This document shows positions 60,739 to 64,000 of a stretch of DNA of 64,000 nt, piece by piece. A model generated the notes under the pieces. The model was not told the DNA's origin, made no database searches, and worked only from the letters and a program-made list of their open reading frames with translations. This stretch comes from Chrysomallon squamiferum (Eukaryota > Animalia > Mollusca), in assembly GCA_012295275.1 (NCBI GenBank), contig CM022679.1, positions 22,072,001 through 22,136,000 on the forward strand, read 5' to 3'. Each line of letters opens with the position of its first letter. Position 1 is the stretch's first letter. Both the position numbers and the translations under genes were made by a program.

Positions 60739-63700
60739 ATGTTTTCAAAGTAAAGGAATAAATGAATAATAATAAAAACAATAATAACAACAATAACAAT
60801 AACAATAAAATAACATTAAGAAAGTAAAGCTATAAGTAAATTAGATTTAGCTTAGTTTAGTTTTAAACTCATGATTGTTAAATGATATGTTAATGTTAAT
60901 AACAATAAGAATAATTAGAAAAAGGTTTACATCAATGTGCATTCTGACAAATCACTACACAGAAGCTATTATTAGTGTTATTTTACCAGAATAACCAGTT
61001 TAGCATGTTACATCAATAAATTCGATCAAGTCAAAGCATGAATTTGTGTGACTAGGTATATGTTAAATCTCTAATAATAACAAAACTGTTAATGGACTGC
61101 TGAAAAAGAAAAATGAAGCTTAAAAAGGCATTATTCATTATTATGAACAAATGTACTGTAAAAAAGTGATTACAAACAAAATGGACAAATGACATTATTT
61201 CAACTTAGAAATGAAACATAAAGCGATATCTTGTAAAAAGATATTTATTGATATGCAGAAGAAATACTTTTCAAGAAACAAACGAGAGAAAAATAGTTTG
61301 TAATATGTATTTCCAATAAAATTAACACACATCTTTAAAAAAAATAATAATTTTTAATTCTGTTAATAAGTTCAAAATGTTTAAAATTTTAAAATATTTG
61401 TTATTATTCATAACTGTTTTTTTTTCTGATGTTTTCTATCATTTCCAAATGACAGTCAACAGTATTCCACAATTTATGGGAGCCATGTTTCTTGCCAAAG
61501 GAAGAAGAGATGCAGGACCCAGCCAAACAAATATGATTTCAAGGAATGCACAGGTCTTTTCTGGCAACCAATATCAACATTTACAAGTTTTAAACATAAT
61601 TTAAATATAATGAATATTACAGTGCTGTTGAAAAAGCTAATTTTAAAATAAAATTCTCAGTTATTATTATTTGTTATTTTTTAATAAAATTCTTTTTTTT
61701 TCTTTTTTTTATACCTTTGCACATAAATAGTCTTATTCTCTAAAAACAGTAACAAAAACAAACCAAAAAATGTATTTATTTCTTTGTCAAGTATATGTAG
61801 AAACATAAAAGATACAGAAGACAAAAAATAAAAATGTAAATTTTAAATCAGTAAAATATTTTAATAAATACATATTTTTTTTTTTTTTTTTTTAATTTTA
61901 AAGGCAGTTGTAGTAATGTCAATTTCTTAATCATCTATATTTTCTTACCTGACACTGAACATATAAAGAAGTTTAAAAAAAAAGAAAAAAGAAAGAAGTA
62001 AAGACAATAATAATTTTATTGTGCAGAAGAATAAAAACCCATTGAAAGCATGTATATTGTATTACTCAGAAATATATTTCATGACTTCTCTAAATGATAT
62101 TCGAGAATGTTAACAATACTATGAATTATTTCAAAACACCAACGGTCTAACAAATGACACTGACAAACTACCTTCAACTTCAGGTATGTATGTTTTGAAA
62201 TATCTATGAATACCCTGTCCCATACAGCAATGAACAGCTTAGCTAACAAACTAAATAGATTTGTATCTTCTTGTTGGCAATCCTTTTATTACTGTTGATT
62301 CAGTGAAACCCTTTTACAGATATCTATGCAAAGGCCTGCCAATAGACACACTGGTTGCTAAAACACTATTTGCTCAGTGTTATTATCCTCTTCAAAGTTA
62401 GTATTCTACAAGTCACCAAGCCTTTATATCTTAATCTAAAGGCCATGTCAATGCATGTTACTTAATATAACACAGTAATGGAGATTTGCAAAATTTTAAA
62501 TGCTTAATTATGTTGTATAAGGCAGCAAAATCAAAATGATTTTGTAAAAGTTAATTAGAAAGACTCAATGGAATTATTTCCAGTGAAGTGTCTGCTAGAA
62601 TATTCTGTGGACAAATAAATGTAAATAAATTGACTGTTATAATATATTTAGTTCATAATCCTTTTCAAGGTGTTAAAAAAAAAAAGTATATATATTTTAC
62701 TGTAACAGTGGTGTGTTAATAACAAAAGAGTATTTGTAAAATAATATCTGACTGAATAAATGCAGTGTTTAAATGAAGTCAACTAATAACAAAATGAAAC
62801 AACATCTATTTGTGACTTTTATACCTCAATTTGTCAACTTTTATCAATGAAACAGTAACTGTTACCAACTGATTTTTTTTCTCTCTTTTTTAGAATAAAT
62901 AAATAAATATCTATGCTTATATATTCATTTATTTATTCTAAAAAAAAGAAAAAAAGAATAAAATGATTTACAACCAATTTATGTGGATTTTTCCTTTCTT
63001 TTCTTTTAATAAAATGTATTTTTCATTAAAAATGAAAAAATATATATATATTTTTCACAAACAGACAATTTTTTTTTTTTTTAATATGATGTTAAATATT
63101 TCCTATTTATTGTATAAATTATAGTTTCTTTACACTCTGAAAACATGAAATGACTGACTCTTTCCTTCTAACTCATTACATATAAATCAGGAATCTGAGA
63201 GCAACAAGTTAGTCATTTCACATTATAAATTAAGATAAGAAAACAGAGACGGCATGTGATGGTCACAGGAGAACAATTAGTTGCACCAGGCAATTAATTA
63301 CCAACATTAATGCACTTAGAGCCATCAAGTATTTATCAAAAATTAGTTTAGTAATCAATACAGGTATCACATACAGCTTGTACTGCACTATACCATATAC
63401 ACTGTCGTCAGAAACAAATAGCAAATTTGATACCAGGCTGTCCATTAAGTTCATCTGGCATGTCAGATACGAAAGATATTGTGTATTTTCAATGTGTGTA
63501 TTTTAAAGAAAATAACTGCCAAGGTTATATTTCAGAACTGAATGAGTAATGAACATTTTTTTGTAACAGAAAATAACATTTTTTATATTACCAGAATCAA
63601 ATATCTGTATAAATCTTATTTTCTGTCTTTACTTTTTTATTTTTATTATTTATTTTAATTTTGTTCTGCTTTCTCTCCAATACCAATAGTATGAAATAAA

Positions 63701-64000
63701 ATGGTTCAGTTTGTTAAATTTTGTAGGTTTTGGTCAATTAAACAGTATCTGAGAAAATAATTATTTTAAAATAATAATAAATAAATATCTTTAAGTAACC
63801 TTTCACACTTTGTGAATGTCAAAAATTGCAGGAACAGCTTATATTGATATCATTATTAAATTCTTAATAATCTCATCCAAAAAGCAGTTTTTCAAGAAAA
63901 TGTTTTGGTGACTTCAAGTCTGGGACCAAAGATTCTTTTTTATGTGTATTTCAGCCTGTAATTTGTTTTTCAAGGATTCTTGATATTTTATGGATTTGAT

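Noticed and set aside
58605-64000. Further 5' exons of the QRICH2-like gene or another gene
   Set aside because: No convincing exon with family motifs and proper splice sites was found by eye; treated as intron.

Overview
Very AT-rich, microsatellite-dense animal genomic DNA with GT-AG spliced genes; an invertebrate, possibly a mollusc (inference only). From left to right: (1) a 7-exon actin gene (262-3678, +) with a 1-bp frameshift in exon 1; (2) a small secreted PAN/Apple-like protein gene (4870-5205, +); (3) a second, strongly divergent actin (8146-12531, +) that lacks His73, Gln137 and the acidic N-terminus, and whose 3' half is near-identical to actin 1 and bracketed by an inverted repeat; (4) a 2.5-kb tandem duplication (13134-18128), each unit carrying a minus-strand 7SL/SRP-derived non-coding RNA gene with an intact Alu domain and helix 5 but no recognisable SRP S-domain motifs; (5) ERCC1 (19975-25429, +, 9 coding exons); (6) the 3' part of a large QRICH2/C16orf96-family (DUF4795) gene on the minus strand (58604 down to 32473), with intronic minisatellites. 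Most ORFs in the supplied track are microsatellite artefacts. The best candidates for novelty are the Alu-domain RNA with a replaced S domain and the chimeric, probably hydrolysis-impaired actin. All alignments and RNA pairings were done by eye.
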